Positions 21,456 to 51,196 of a stretch of 64,000 bases of DNA are shown piece by piece (position 1 is the first letter of the stretch; every line of letters begins with the position of its first letter). The position numbers and the translations under genes were made by a program. The notes beneath the pieces are model-generated. The model was not told the DNA's origin. It was given only the letters and a program-made list of their open reading frames with translations, and searched no databases. The stretch covers positions 42,780,001 through 42,844,000 of the forward strand of contig OZ231126.1 in assembly GCA_965153355.1 (NCBI GenBank), written 5' to 3'. The DNA is from Flaccisagitta enflata (Eukaryota).

Positions 21456-22182
21456 TTTTGCCTTGAAAATTTGGACAAACATTGGACGGCGTCAGTTTTT
21501 TTCATTTTTCAATTGGGAAGGAATGTTTGTCTCTGTCTCTCATTAATGTACATTGTACAAAACGAAAAGACGAAACGAAACGAGTGGAGTGAGAGTTGGG
21601 CAGCAGGCCCAAAGGGCCGATGTTCTGTGGAACACGGAGAAATTTGAGGCTGATTTGAGGCTTCAATGGCCAACGGAGGAGGGGGGTGGATGTATGGATG
21701 GAGAGACCGATGGACAGACAGACGTCTGGAACTTCACCTGTGTTCTAACGACATCAGCCCTTTGGGGCCGCTGCCGAAAAAGGCAATAGATTCGATCTTT
21801 TCCATCAAATATTCGTTTGCTGCGAGTTCGGTTTGGCAAACATAGGGTCATTTGTCTCTTCAACATAACGATAAGATGTCATACTATTCACCATTTCTTA
21901 TTCACTTACATTGGTTTGATTTGGCTTTAAAGTACAGGTACAATCATGGAAAAACTGATTTCAGTTGAAAATGCCTTTTGGAAAGCAACGTTATCGTTAA
22001 ACTTGCTTACCACATGGCCGAGATTAAGCTGACTCTTGCTCGCCTGTTCACGACTGGACGACTAGACGTCAGGAATGCGGAAATCTTCGCCATCCATTCG
22101 TCCGTGAAACCTTGATGCTTTATGCGGTAAACTCTCGAGCATGTTATCCTACTCATTTTCCGTGATTATTCTTCCGCTCTTT

Positions 22183-23130
<948 letters not shown>

Positions 23131-24258
23131 TACAAGAAATGACAATAACAAAAAAGTGTTAACCAGTTACAAGGGTCAAATCTTTTCAGTCACTAGAAAT
23201 TAAGATTGCCTAGTCTTGGGAATATCATGAATATTTGCGTAAATTGATGCTAGAGCATTTTCTATATTCCCGTTTTATTTCAGAATACAAAGTAAAAAGA
23301 TACAGCCTGGAAAATAGGATTAAATTCGGCAAAATATTTACGACAGAAAAAGCCCGATGATGTAGGATTAGTAATCGAAAGTTCGTCAAGCAAATTGTCC
23401 AATAAAGAGGTCGAGGGTGGCCGGCGATTGGCTCGGAGAGTAAGCAAGCATACGACGGTCATGGTAGGTTTTCGTTTAAACTTTATTTGAGCCTCCTTTT
23501 CTACCCCTTGTCAGGCTTCCACTGTACCCTCAAGAAAGCTATGATTTGATTACAGAAGGAGAGAAAAAAAGATTCAGGTTAAATAAAGATTGAAGAGTGC
23601 AGGATTTGACCGCCGTGACCTCGCCGACCATTCAAGTGACCTTTGCTTTGAGGGCACTTTTTTGCTCGGTATGATGTCACGAAAAAGATCTTCCACGCAG
23701 TTGAATCTACCGTGAAATCCTGTGGCATTTTAGGGGCTTGACTCATTTGATCAAATTTGCTCTCAGGTGGAACTACAGGATGTTTCACGCGAAACAAGTC
23801 AAAAGAAAACTATGTACTGTTGTTGCTAGAAGTGCAAAAGCATTTCTGAAAAGTCTCAAAGCGATAACTTCTGACAATTTTTGGATGTTACAGACTTGCA
23901 CTATGGGAAAAAATGCCTTATTTGCCCAAAAACGCCTAATTTCATTGATAAACAAGGTTTTCTTAAGCTTTACATGCCATATTTTAATATTTATTAAACA
24001 AAATTGTTAGACATGGTTGTCAGTCCACAGTAGAATACTTAAGATAAAGAATCCATCATCACTTAAGTCAAAGAGTTGATAGTTATTGTGATTATGCAAT
24101 GTTTTATCAATGCGCATGTAAACTTTAATCGATAGAAAACATGACAAAAAGTCTCTGGACCCATCCAACACTGCACAATTTTCTCATTTTCTGTAGAAAT
24201 ATCATTCTACATTTCTACTGCAAAATATCTTTTATCCAAGACCATCGCCAGGTCTGTA

Positions 24259-24670
24259 CTACTCGACTAAAAAAAAAAAGCTGCACCCTTTTTTTATGTC
24301 GATGAATAAGACAAAAAGAATCATTTCAACATTGTTTTGTTGAAGTGATTTGAAAGATTTTTAAACTTTTTTTCATTCTAGATCAATCCGAGATCTGTAT
24401 CTCAAACCGTTTATTAGTTAGTGCTTGTCAAAGTTATCTTCTGATTTGTAAAAATGCTTATTTTTCAATAGGATTGCAAACTGATAATGGCAATGTTTTT
24501 ACTCATTCTTATGCCATTTCTAAACGAATAAAGCTAGAATTGCCAGATTGGAGCCAAATGAAAGATTTTTTCAAGGGCTTTTTAATGGTCTAAGGTTTTA
24601 ATTAGTTTTTTTGAAATTCAGTATTACAATTTGCCATTTAAAAGTGCGGCTTTTTTATTGAGTCGAGTAG
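24259..24670. mobile_element. TA-flanked MITE, same family as 15330-15736
   Basis: TA|CTACTCGACT..AGTCGAGTAG|TA. Confidence 0.75.
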
Positions 24671-25448
24671 TAGCTTTGTTTATTTAGAAAAGGCAATGGA
24701 GTAAAGATACTGTATTTTTTCTAAAAAGCGCCCCGCCCTCCAAAAAGCGCCCCCCTCTTTTTTTTCTTGGTGTTATACTTTTCAGAAGAGATTTGAACTG
24801 AAATATTAAGTAAAATGATGAAATAGAACAACACAAGGAGCCAGTTTCAAAGACTTTCAAATAGATAAATGCAAGGAATATCTCCATTTTGAGTCAAATT
24901 TAGCATTTTGGTAGCCTTTCATGAAAAAGATTGACTGAATGACAGTTCTTCTACAATATAAAGGGGGCGCTAATTGGACGGTTAAAAAGCCAAGTTTTAT
25001 TTCAATTCCAAAAAATATGGTATGCCTGTCAAAAAAAATTTTAACAATCAAGAACTCATCAAAAATCAAATACTGCGTTTGACCATACAAAACCGTTCAA
25101 TTTTTTGAAGTAGCTTTTGACAAAGTACAGGCAATAAAATCATTTAGCGTTTTCTTTGGTCCTGTTTGGCGGGAAACACCTTGTAGTCTGAAAGCATATA
25201 GATAGATAAAGGATATGACAATCTAGATTTTGTACTTACATCTTGTCTTTTTTTTTTTTTGCCCCTCCACAGGCACCGCATGAATGTTTCGGCGAATGTG
25301 TGCAAAACCCTTTAACAATAACAGTAGTGAGAATTACATCGTCTGATGTCTTCTCACGGGACAGATAGAATAGCTTGGAGGAGATTGAGGATGTGTGACG
25401 ATATCACATGCTGTATGATGTCTGATGTCAAATTTCTAGAGCCACCAA

Positions 25449-25797
25449 CGGTCGGTCGGTCGGTCGGTCGGTCGGTCGGTCGGTCGGTCGGTCGGTCGGT
25501 CGGTCGGTCGGTCGGTCGGTCGGTCGGTCGGTCGGTCGGTCGGTCGGTCGGTCGGTCGGTCGGTCGGTCGGTCGGTCGGTCGGTCGGTCGGTCGGTCGGT
25601 CGGTCGGTCGGTCGGTCGGTCGGTCGGTCGGTCGGTCGGTCGGTCGGTCGGTCGGTCGGTCGGTCGGTCGGTCGGTCGGTCGGTCGGTCGGTCGGTCGGT
25701 CGGTCGGTCGGTCGGTCGGTCGGTCGGTCGGTCGGTCGGTCGGTCGGTCGGTCGGTCGGTCGGTCGGTCGGTCGGTCGGTCGGTCGGTCGGTCGGTC
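25449..25797. repeat. Perfect (GGTC)n tract of about 350 bp
   Basis: Directly visible; it is the expanded internal microsatellite of a short dispersed element. Confidence 0.97.
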
Positions 25798-27215
25798 ACG
25801 CAAACGTTTGACGATCCACACGGCGCACCTATTGGCCTACTTGGCCTTGTTCTGATAGGTCGTTCCAAATGTCTCTATCTATCCTTGACTATCCAAGTCC
25901 AGAATTTCCTGTGACTCCATTCAAGCACCCCCGTCGTTTTCCCCCCTTTCTCTCATTTGTCCTCTGGTTGTGCTGATACCCCCTCTCAAAAATCCTCTTT
26001 CCAATATTTTCGTTAGAGGTCAAATCATGGCCTCAATACGCGGAATATTTTCACCTTCATCATCACTTGCCTCGTTTTTTTCTTTCTTGCAGAGATAACA
26101 AGGCCGAATACATCCAAGTTGCGTGCGGGTGGGCAGGGGCCGTATTTGAGGTCACTAGAGCATTTTGGCAGGAGTAGCGAGGCCAAAAACCGCAAAAAAA
26201 AAAAAAAAAAAAAAAGAGGAGACCGACCGACCGACAAAACGGGGTATCTAGAGTCGCGAAACATGCGACTAAAAGATGGCGAACAAGGCCAAGCAGGCCA
26301 ATAAGGCGCGACGTGTGGATCGTTGAACGATTGCGTTACCCGACCAACCGACCAACCGACCAACCAACCAACGGACACAGCCAATTATAGAGGTGCTTTG
26401 TCGCACCTAAAAACACGGCCAAGTAGGCCAAGCACGTGCGCAGTGGGGATCGTCGAACGAATGCGTTACTGACAGACTGACAAACTGATCGACCGACCAA
26501 CTGATCAACCGACCAATCAGAGGATGAAGAATCTCATTGACGTGCGTTGGTTCTTCTAAAAATGAAAGCGCGAGAGAGAAAGAACTAACTTTTTTTTCAA
26601 AAGCCGGATTTTTTGTATGTTGTTGCTAGATCGCCTCTAGTTAGTCTTTTTTCAGCTTTTTTTTTGAACATTTCTTTTAAAGCCTCAGACTTTTTTCTCC
26701 AATGTTTGCGTGTGAGTCTTTCCCTGTTGCCCATTTCCTAATTAGATTGGATCTATCTTTTTTTCTAAAGTCGCCGTTTGTGAACATAATATTCTGTTCA
26801 ACCATCCACGAATTGGTGGAAAAACTCCACTACTGACGATGAAATTCATGTTGGATTGTGGTTTTTTTTACTAACCAAAGCACCATGTTCGCTCTTACAG
26901 TACTACTATGAGAGGTGGAACAATATCTCTCACTATACCCAAACTGGCTAGTATCGCGCATCACTATGTTATTGGGCAGCTACATTCTTTTTTTTTTTTC
27001 ATATTGCGGCCATAAAGAAAATTCCGTCAAGGCTATGAGCACAAGCATTCTATATGAGAATCTTTGTTCAAAGGGATGAAAAATCCCAAGATGAATCAAT
27101 ACAGCGTCTACATTGAGTGGCCTGTTTATCGGAGGTTAGTTGGCAATCGGCATTTTGCCCTACCGCCCTGTTCTGTTTTTGTCACATGGAGTGGATTGCC
27201 TGTCTGTGTTTCCGC

Positions 27216-27330
<115 letters not shown>

Positions 27331-27425
27331 TCACTTTGCCTTTTGCTGTAATCTTTCCACGTTTTTGGTTCCTGATAATTTTCTCTTTCTTCACTGAGAT
27401 TAAACACTACCTTGACGTGCCGGAA

Positions 27426-27471
<46 letters not shown>

Positions 27472-27566
27472 CAAACAGACAGACAGACAGACAAAGGAGA
27501 GAAAGATGATGTTGCGTATCACTTTATTTCAACATTCTATGAAAAAAAAATTAGAAAAAAAAACTG

Positions 27567-35741
<8,175 letters not shown>

Positions 35742-36977
35742 CCTGATGTTCTCCAAAGATTTTTCGTCAGATTTCATTTCTCTTGAATTGGCGAATGGCG
35801 TTTTTTGAAGACTTGATCATGCCAACCAAACAATACCATTAGTTTAAAAAGGACATTGCCATTTCAAGAAACGTTTAGAAATATGTAGAAATTTTGTGAA
35901 ATTTTGAGAGCCACCGCGTGTAGACAAATTCAGGTTTGTTTCATAATGTAAAAAAAAAGTTAACGATGCGTTTGTGAAAAAAAGAGGACAAAGGGCATTG
36001 ACCTCGATATCTCCGTGACAGCTTGGCCTTTCCCACATAAAGAAAAATAACATTTCAATTGCCATTGTGAATCAGTCGCCCAAGGGCAATATGATGACAG
36101 AAATATCCTTAGCCCTGCTTTACATGAGTTATGATGTCATTGAGAGGAAGCAAAGCAGCTGTCTGAACGGGAACTAAGTCCTGCATGTAAAACACAGGAA
36201 CAATTTCATTCGTTCCGTCTAACGGGGCTCACAAGGCACTGAACAGGACTGACTGAAGGCCTAATATGGTGAAAAAGCTCATATGAGGCCTAAGAAGCTA
36301 ATTCTAAGGCTCATCAGACTCAAGGGCTGTGAGGGCTGATAAGAGGCTTGAATGGAGACAGAAGGTCTGATTTGAGGCCTAGGAGAACAGATTAAAGGCC
36401 TAAGGAGGCTGATTTGAGGCCCAATGAGTTTGATTCGAGGCCCCTGAGAGCTGATTTGAGGCCTGAGAGGAAAGATTTAAGGCTTGAGAGGGCCGATTTG
36501 AGGCCTAAGAGGCCTGATTAAGGTATGAGACGGCTAGATTAGGGTCTTAAGGGCTGAGTAGGAGGGGGCGAATAAACAGACGGGTGAATGAACAAACCAA
36601 AGTCCCTTTGTGCTTTTAAGACTTTGTCCCCTTCGGATTCGCTGCCCAAAAAGGTGCATCGAAAATAAGGAGGACATGGAACGAGGCCGGATACACGACC
36701 AATACCAGTTGCGGACGAGTGGGCAGGGGCTGAAATGCGCGTTTTCACACTTTTCGACTCGTGTTTACGGATGGACGGACGGACCGACGGGCCAACGGAC
36801 AGACGGACAAAGGCTCTTACAGAGTTGCGTGTCCGCAACTAAAAAGAGAGAATTGGAAAAAACACAATCGGTCATTTACGACATGGGGAAAGAGAGGGTA
36901 AAAAGATCAAAGACAGTCGGATTTTGCGTAATTTGTGACCAAACAACTGTAAAAAACATATTGATCAGTGACCATTA

Positions 36978-37733
36978 CAGTATGTTTTTTCTGAACTGAC
37001 ACGAATGAAAATCTTATAACTTTGCGATGAGACAAGATATTCAAAATCTGAAAAAAGTGCTAGACAGATGTTGATTTGCAGATTTTTCATGTTCTTTTCA
37101 TATGGTTTATCATGAAATGGTGTTACCATCATGTAATAACAAGCTAAGTCAGTGTTTTTAAAGGAAATTTCTAAATTCATAAGCAAAATTCTTATACAAT
37201 TATCACAACTTTGTATCTATTATCCTAATTTTGATCCAAGACGCTGTAGTGAACAAATTGAATTGACTTATTTCTCGGATGTGAGTTAAAAACACAAGTG
37301 GCGCAATTATCATCAACATTTTGCACCAAAAAGTGTTTTTTTTTTGCACATTTTAGAGAAAAAATGATTGATTTGTGACTCTGAACTTAAGATTGGTAAT
37401 TCTGTTACAATGATGAGGCAGAATAAGCATCTATGATTAGTTTTCTTTTATTTAAGACCACTCCTGGAGGTTTAGCTTGATCTATAGAGATTCAGCATGA
37501 ATTTAAGGTAATGTACTTAAAAGATGCTATTGAAAATTGATACTATTTGAGAAATGAACGTTTTGATTTACATAAAGTGGGGGCCTACTTTCTTAAACTG
37601 ATGGATTATTCCTTTTAAGATAATAAATCTGCAGACCAAGATCTATCTAGCGTTTTTTTTCGGATTTTGAATATCTTGCTCCATTGCAAAGTTGTAAGAT
37701 TTTAATTCGTGTCAGTTCAGAAAAAACATACTG
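36978..37733. mobile_element. Tc1/mariner-type MITE
   Basis: TA|CAGTATGTTTTTTCTGAACTGACACGAA..TTCGTGTCAGTTCAGAAAAAACATACTG|TA. Confidence 0.8.
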
Positions 37734-38277
37734 TAGAAAGAACAAGAAAAAATCTTCAAAATGCTACCAAGCAGAGCTCAGTAGCTCGATTCATTTAGAT
37801 TCTAGAGCTAAAAGAGTAAAAATGTTCATGTCCATAATGAGCGGATAATCTGCAAAAAATGAGGAGAAGAATATTAACCTGTTCATTTTCACTTTGTCTA
37901 GGCTTATCATTTTAAAATCATATGAAAATCGTTGACCATTGGAAAGAGCTTTGAAAGATCTGTCAAATGCCGCTAAGCAGATTTTTCTAGTAGAGACTAT
38001 TTGAATTTTATTTAAAATTGAATATGAATAGGTAATAAAGTGCTGAAAGAAAAAAATGCTGGAAAGTTTGAAGAACTGATTCAACAAAATTGTATATGAA
38101 TCCTGCCTCTATGTCTTCCCAATTGAATACAAAGGGTATATGGTACCATAAGAGCCTACACTATATATTTGTGCAGAAATATATAACTTCGTATGAGAGA
38201 TAACAGCAACAAACAATAATTTTGTTTTAGCGAGACAATATTTTTGAGCAAGATAGTATTGTAATTCAACTCAAATA

Positions 38278-39161
38278 CCGTATTTTTTCTAATCACCGCC
38301 CCGGGCGCTTTTGAAATTGAAATATCATATTGTCATTTAACCTCCTGATTAGCGGTACCTTTTTCCATCAAGGTATTGAAAAACTAACACCCCTGACAAA
38401 ATTAGGCGGACTGGGTACATATACCATAAAGAGTGAAATATTCGCCCCAGCTCTTCAAGATTTGACATAGAAATAGTAAAAACATCAAACTTTGACATAG
38501 TAGAGCATCTGAGCGGAATTGTTTAGCAGTAGAAGGGTGAGAAGGTAATAAGTCAGAAATGACAAATTGGGTTTTAACTGATTTTCCCCACCATATTTCT
38601 ACATGAAGATGGTACATATCTACAGCTGTTTTTTGTGCTGGCTACCCAAGCCATTTTACTTTGATGGCTGGAGACTTATTACTTTAATGATTTTAAGGAA
38701 GTGGGGGCCAAGAAATGGACAGGGGCAGCCCCTAAAACTGACAAAATTGTGCTTTAAATGAATTAGTAATAATGGACAGAGCGTTACTGTCTCCTCTCAG
38801 AAAATGGTGTTATAACGACTTGAATAGGCTTTAAACCTAGTTTTTGAATAGTTTTTGACATAACTTGAATGGAATTTACCCCAGATTGTGTGGAAATATC
38901 ACAAAGTGTAATTCAAATCACTTTGTTAACCTCAAATAAATGAAATTCAACCTCAGTTTGCCTAATTTTGTCAGGGGTGTTATAAATTATCAAATTTTAC
39001 ATGAAATTAACTTTTTCATTGCTCATCTCTTTTTTAGCCAGTGAAAATGGTTTGGTTTATTGTATCAACTATTTACTATATCCTTCCATTTTTAGCATCT
39101 TTCCTAAAAGATGAGAGGATGAAAGAAAAAAAAGGGGGGGCGTTAATTGGAAAAAATACGG
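38278..39161. mobile_element. TA-flanked MITE containing a nested second MITE (38387-38980), ending 13 bp past the protease stop codon
   Basis: Outer TA|CCGTATTTTTTC..GAAAAAATACGG|TA; inner TA|ACACCCCTGACAAAATTAGG..CCTAATTTTGTCAGGGGTGT|TA. Confidence 0.75.
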
Positions 39162-39174
39162 TAATTGTTATCCA

Positions 39175-44226
<5,052 letters not shown>

Positions 44227-47200
44227 CTTTTTGTCTGCCGGAAACTGACCCTTTTGAATTTTTAATGCTTCAGAATTGTTGAGCAACAGCTTGAACTCGA
44301 AACATTGAAAGAAGCTTTGACTGTCATCATAAGCTGCAGAATGCAGTGTGCAATACACTTTGTAGTCAGGTTGTGATTTCATCCATTAAAGGTTGACAAC
44401 GAACTAAAATCGGCGAATTTCTGTGTCAGCTTGGCCGTTCCCACAATAATACTAACAAGGACACAACTCTTTGGCCTCCTTACTACACAGAAGGAAACAA
44501 GGCCAAGTTAAGGCCAATAAGTGCGCCTCGCTTGATTAAGAATTTGTGAATGAACCTTTTTGATGTATGAATGAATGAATGAATGAATAAATGAATGAAT
44601 GAATGAATAAATGAATGAATGAATGAATGAATGAATGAATGAATGAATGAATGAATGAATGAATGAATGAATGAATGAATGAATGAATGAATGAATGAAT
44701 GAATGTAGTAAGATATGAAAGGTGATAGGAATGGAGAAATACGTCTGAATTAGCCGCTTTGTTCATTTAAAACGTTTGCGTGACCGACCAACCTACCAAC
44801 CAACCGACCGACCAACCGACCGACGGACATGACCTCTTATAGAAGTGCGAGGACGCACTTAAAAACAAAAGATGAATAAACTCCATGTAAGGGCGATAAT
44901 CTGAAATAAGTTAAGAGTTGACAGAATAAGTCGTTTGTGATTAAGAAGGCTGGGGCAAGGATGCAAAAGATCGCTAATGGGTAGTTGACAAAGTAACTTA
45001 CTATCGTAATGACTTGTCGACAATCTTACCAACATTTTAAACTTTGGACGCACTGAAACAATCAGACACACTCACTTCAAAACTAAGACATTAACACATT
45101 GTTTATCTTATCATAACCGACACAGGAGTCAATTTTCAATGTTTATACTCGGAGTGAATACTGAATAGCGAGATTAAAAGAAAGAAAACTAAAAATGGTA
45201 GAAAAGATAAAACCAAACTAGATGAAAACAAAGCCGAGAGTCGACCACTAGTGAATGCATTCATGCTCAGCGTTTTTTCTGGATTTATGATGTTATTTCC
45301 TAGATGTTTCCATTTCACATTTAGACTCAGATAGTTTTACGTCCATTACTAAATGATGCGTGACCGACATGCACTACTACTTTCCCCTAATTAGGATTAA
45401 GGGGCTCAACTGGGGGGATGGACACCCTGGTTCCTTTTTCTCAATTAGGTAGATTTTAACCAAAATTGGGCTGAGTTGATGGTCCCGATCAATGCCAGAG
45501 GACAGCTCTAACAGTACCCTTCCCCTAAAATATTTTATATATTTTTCTAAAGTACACTTAAAATTCTATTTTAAATAGAAGAAATATGATACATTTAGTA
45601 AAAAATAACATACCTAAGGAATTTTGATAGTGTTTCAAAAAAAAACATTTTTTAGTAATGTAGTATGTATTGGAAGCTTACACTATATAAATGTCCGTAT
45701 TTTTTCGGGTTTTCTTAAGTCTGATGTTTCTTATTTGGATAATTGTGTGAGTTTTATGTAGGATGAATTGTTGCACACATCACATAATATTTACGCAGAT
45801 ATGCACTCAGACCAGCGCACCCTCTTATAAAGAGATAAGGACGCTTCTGAAATCGAGACTGAATATGAAAGAAGTAACCAAATTTTTGGTCTTCATTTTT
45901 GGTTTTCCCTTTCCCCAATTTTCACAATATCGCGTTGCAGTTGTAATTATTTGGTTGGTTGAGTGGTTGCTTCATAGCATAGGGGACCAGCGACTCTCCT
46001 GTTTTCACTCTTTCACAAATTGATTTTTATCTTGTTTACATTTAATATTTAGTCGCGTGCTACGCGACTCTACACCCCGCTTTGTCGGTCCGTCGGTCCG
46101 TCGGTCTGTACGTCACACCTTACTTTTTTGATGCGTCATCGCATCTCTATAAGAGGGTCTTTCCGTCCGTCCGTCCGTCCGTCCGTCCGTCGGTCCGTCC
46201 GTCCGTCCGTCCGTCCGTCCGTCCGTCCGTCCGTCCGTCCGTCCGTCCGTTACGCCTCTTCTAATATCACGCAGATGACGCATCTAGTTGCCCGCTCGGG
46301 CTTGTTCTTTGGTTTTTGCGTTCTTTGGCCTCACCGCTCCTGCCCAAATGATCTAGTGTCCTCAAATCAGTCCCTGCCCACCCGCACGCGACTGGGGTAG
46401 CCGTGTATCCGGCCTTGTGGCTTTGTACGTGACGCATGCGATTGTTTTTACATACTGACTGAATCACGTTTAACTCGCATATCATGAATGTTTGTTTCAT
46501 TCTTGACCTCTCCGTCTATTATCTGTCCATTTCTCTCGTCATAGTATATGTTGGTCGGCTAATCAGACCCCCGCAGACAACAACACCCACTTTCACAGCC
46601 GCAGTATGATGAAGTATGCAAAGAGTCTCTCTGAAAGGACATGAATGTCAGTTTAAGTCCAGTTTTTAGTCAGACTAGAAAGGAATAAAAAGAAAGAAAA
46701 TTAAAATGGAAAGAGAGAGAGAGAGAGAGAGAGTACTTTGTTTCCCCCTTATCGAGAGAATGATGCTGTCAACAGATAATGAGAATTGATGTTTTTACTT
46801 TTACTCTTTGGCCTTATGACTGTCTTCTATCCTAGGATCTCTCTGTGCTGATATGAATAGTAATGGAGGCTTAAGAAGAAGACAAAAATAAAAATGGTGG
46901 AAAACGTAGTAGGATGAAATGAGGCCTCGCCCCGTGGGTAAAGATGAAGAAGAAGAAGAAGAAGAAGAAGAAGAAGAAGAAGAAGAAGAGAAGAAGAAGA
47001 GACTGAAGAAGAAAAGACTGAAGAAGAAGAAGAAGGAAGAAGGAGGGAAGAGATAAAAGGAATAAAAAAAGAAAAGAAAAAGAAGAAGGTGGATGCACGG
47101 TATCATTTATAGTTGGGCAGGGGCGGAAATGCAACTGTCCGCAACTAAAAATTTTCTAAAACGCTCATTTCCTCACTTTCCGACTCGTGTCCACGGACCG

Positions 47201-47300
47201 ACCGACCGACCAACCGTCTGACCGACCTATGGACCGACCGACGGACGGACAAAGCCTCTTATAGAGTTGCGGGTCCGCAACTAAAAAGAAAAAGAAACAG

Positions 47301-47336
<36 letters not shown>

Positions 47337-47992
47337 AACAGAAAAAAGAAAAAGAACTAGTCATCCAAGGATCGCACATGGTCAGCGGTACCCGATGCCC
47401 TGCTTGGAGTGATCAAGAGAAGTAGTGGAGTGCCAGCAGGGCAGCGGCCTGATTTGAGGTCTCGCGGGCAGATATGAAATCTGGAGAGCTGATTTGAACT
47501 CTCGAGAGCTAAATTGAGGTCTGAAAGGGCTAATTTGAGGGCTCAGAGGGCCAAAATTAGGCCTGAAACTGAGGCTCCAATGGCTAAGGGGGGGGACGAA
47601 AGGACGGACGGACAGAAGGACGGAAGGATGGACGGAGGGATGAATGGACATCTAGAAATTCCTCCCTGTGTCCTACAGGACGTCGGCCCTTTGAGGCCGC
47701 TGCCCAAAAAGGCGTGTTTCCGTTACTCTCGGATCCCCTACAGCGGGGTTCAGTTGCCCGTAAATGAGATTAGAGGGAAAACAAGGCCGGATACACAGCC
47801 ACCAGTTGCGGACGGGTGGGCAGGGGCGGATATGCGCGTTTTCTCACTTTTCAACTCATGCTGACGGACGGACCAACGGATGGACGGACAAAGCCTCTTA
47901 TAGAGTTGCGTGTCCGCAACTAAAAAGATTGTTCGTTGCTGAGAACTGCTTAGCATCTCCTACACATTAGCACAACAAGAGTTCATGAAAAG

Positions 47993-48270
47993 TCATAGGA
48001 AAGTTCTCTATCAGAGGGATATGACTCAAAATCATGTACAAAGATAAACCACAACAAAAATTTGGTCATGGGACCTCTGGAAATTACCGCCGCCACCCCC
48101 CTCATTTCCCATTGAAAATATATAGGGAGGATTTTTGCCTGTGTCTTATCATTGGAAAGGGGGTGGGTGGCGGCGCCAATTTATAGGGGTTCCAGGTATA
48201 AATTTTTTTCATAGAACATCTGTAAACAAGATCTTGGGCCATATCCCTCTGATAGAGAACTTTTCTATGA
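47993..48270. mobile_element. Small inverted-repeat element (MITE-like)
   Basis: TCATAGGAAAGTTCTCTATCAGAGGGATATG..CATATCCCTCTGATAGAGAACTTTTCTATGA; no clear TSD. Confidence 0.55.
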
Positions 48271-48530
48271 CATCGCTTTTTTTGTTGTTAGGCTACTACA
48301 CATTCTTCATCATTGAACAACGCTGAGTGAGAAAGCCGCCTTTTATTCTTGCTCTTATCAGTTTTTCACAATTTATCGGAAGTTTCTAGCATCTCAAGAT
48401 CCAGATTCCAGCGCATCAGCAAGTGGCAACGTCAATCGTACTCGTACTCATTGCAGCACCCATCGCTCGCCCGTGATTGGAACAACATTGACTCAAACGC
48501 AGGTGAAACAGGACAAGGTACTTACACCTA

Positions 48531-49195
48531 CCAGTAATGGCGGCTGTCGCCGTGAGGAAAAAGTCATAAGCACTGGTGACTTTTTACCATGCTTTTATCT
48601 TCAGTCACTGAATTTTTTCTATTCGTCAGATCAAATCAAAAGCAATTGTTTGCATTGGTTGTACTGAAAATTAGAGAGTAAGAGGACTGAGCCAAATGAG
48701 CTAGATGAGCTTAAATATTCAAAATAATTCAACCAGACAACCAGCGTTGCTCACTGACATGCTTTCTTGTATTTGTATGCTTAAATCAAAACATCTCTTT
48801 AATCCTGTTTAAAATAAAAAAAAAGCAAGCTAAGTGAGCTGAATGAGCTAAAATGCTCAAAAACGCCCTCACAGATGAGCAGCTGTGCTCATAAACATGT
48901 TTTCTTGTATTTGCATGCTCAAACAAACATAAATACACTCTTTTATTGATCCTACACAAAATCGTAAAAAATTAAAAAAAATTTCATTCGAATTTTTCAT
49001 AAATAAATCTTTAAAAAATCATAGCGCAGAAAATATTTGTCGTAGAGCATTCTGCTTGGCGCCAAATGAAAGAGAATTATCAAATTTACTTACCCTATCA
49101 ATTTCATTGGAGGCCCCAATCGGTCGTTGGAGATGCTCAACTTTTCCATAAGAATATGTCAAAAAGTCGAAGACTGACTTCGACTTTTTTCCCGA
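48531..49195 (-). mobile_element. Helitron-like non-autonomous element, copy 3 (shortest, reverse orientation)
   Basis: Reverse complement of the same termini: CCAGTAATGGCGGC..GACTTTTTTCCCGA. Confidence 0.7.
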
Positions 49196-49752
49196 TTACA
49201 GGGCCATTCATCTGAACTAGCAAGAAGTTCTAAGCTCTCTTGCTAGATTTATCATCTCACAGGCCAGGAACTTTTCTCTCTTAAAGTTCTATGCTTGACT
49301 TTTTTGTATCAGAATATTATTGGTCTGAGTTGAAAAGTTTTTCTGAATGATATAATCTCCTTCAATTTTCTAATTTTTTTTTCACCTTTGATTCCCTTCC
49401 TCACTTTCAAACCCTTTGAATCTCTGATGATATCAACCGACGGACCGGGTCAGGCTGACGAACGGACGAACTGACAAAAGACTAACTGACGTGGTCACTT
49501 TTTAAACACCTTGCATCCTCAAACGCAAAGGAAGATGGAGAGAGAAACTAGGCGCTTTGCTTTGTGGCCGTGATTGTTGCATCATTCAGCAACGTGCTGG
49601 CGGTGCAGCAGCGTGCTGGCGGTGCAGCAGCGTGTAGCAACATGCAGCAGATTGCAGCAACATGCAACAGTGTCAGGTGATGGAGGATGATTCTCCTGGG
49701 ACAAGATTTGATCAACTTCAGGCGCCTCGGGAGTAGTTTTATGGAGGCGATG

Positions 49753-49894
<142 letters not shown>

Positions 49895-51068
49895 CTGCCA
49901 TGTAGCTGTGTGTAGTACAGGAGATAGACAGAAGGAAAAGCCGAAAAGAAAGAGACAAAAATGTGATAAAGAGATAGAAATAAGTGACGCGGGGTCACAA
50001 TATCGTATACACGGCCATCAGTTGCGGACGGGTGGGCAGGGGCGGAAATGCAACTGTCCGCGACTAAAAATGTTCTAAAACGATCATTTCCTCACTTTTC
50101 GACTCGTGTCCACGGACCGACGGACCGACCGACGGACCGACCGACGGACGGACGGACAGAGCCTCTTATAGAGTTGCGTGACCGCAACTAAAAAAGCATA
50201 AAAAATGCTCGTTATCCCACTTTTCAACTCGTGTCCACGGACCGACGGACGGACCAACAGACGGACGGACCAACAGACAGACGGACCAACAGATGGACGG
50301 ACGGACAGACAAAGCCTCTTATAGAGTTGCATGTCAGCGAGAAATAAATGACAGGTGCCTTTGGAATCTCGGCTGAACAAGGCCGGATACACGGCCATCA
50401 GTTTCGGACGGGTGGGCAGGGGCGGAAATACGCGTTTTTCCACTTTTCAACTCGAGCGTGACCGACCGACGGACGGACAAAGCCTCTTATAGAGTTGCGT
50501 GTCCGCAACTAAAAAGAGAGCCTGGAAACTCGGGAAGGAATGCTTTCTTCTCAATCTTATGAATGCTTTTTTTTTTTTATCTTCAAAAAAGAAAAGAAAA
50601 CACGGCAAGGCCTAGTTGCATGTGGAAAGCAAATTTCAGGATAAACAAGGCCCTATAAATTACTCTAAATAACTATCCCAGTGGTGTAAGGATGGCATTG
50701 GACAATATTAGTGATATGGGACAGCCATAGATATTCAGGTAGCAACGATATTGTAACTCCGGTACAAGCATTGCGAGTGGTGTTCAAGCGACTTGACTTG
50801 ACATGATGGACTAGATCATTCACAATAACTAGAAAAAAAATTGAAATACAACTAAAAAAAAACTTGGAATTTTGTGACAGTCTGCCCGACGAAAAAAGTG
50901 ACAAAAACACTTCGGTTGGATGCGACAAAAAATTCGGAGACAGAAAGAGAAATGAGCGCTATTTATCATTCCCAAAACGCTCATTCTGGGACAGAAAATC
51001 CTTCATTTTAAGAAATCTAATCATGTCTCATCTTACGCGTATTTTCTCAAGTTCCGTGTTTTATCTCG

Positions 51069-51196
<128 letters not shown>
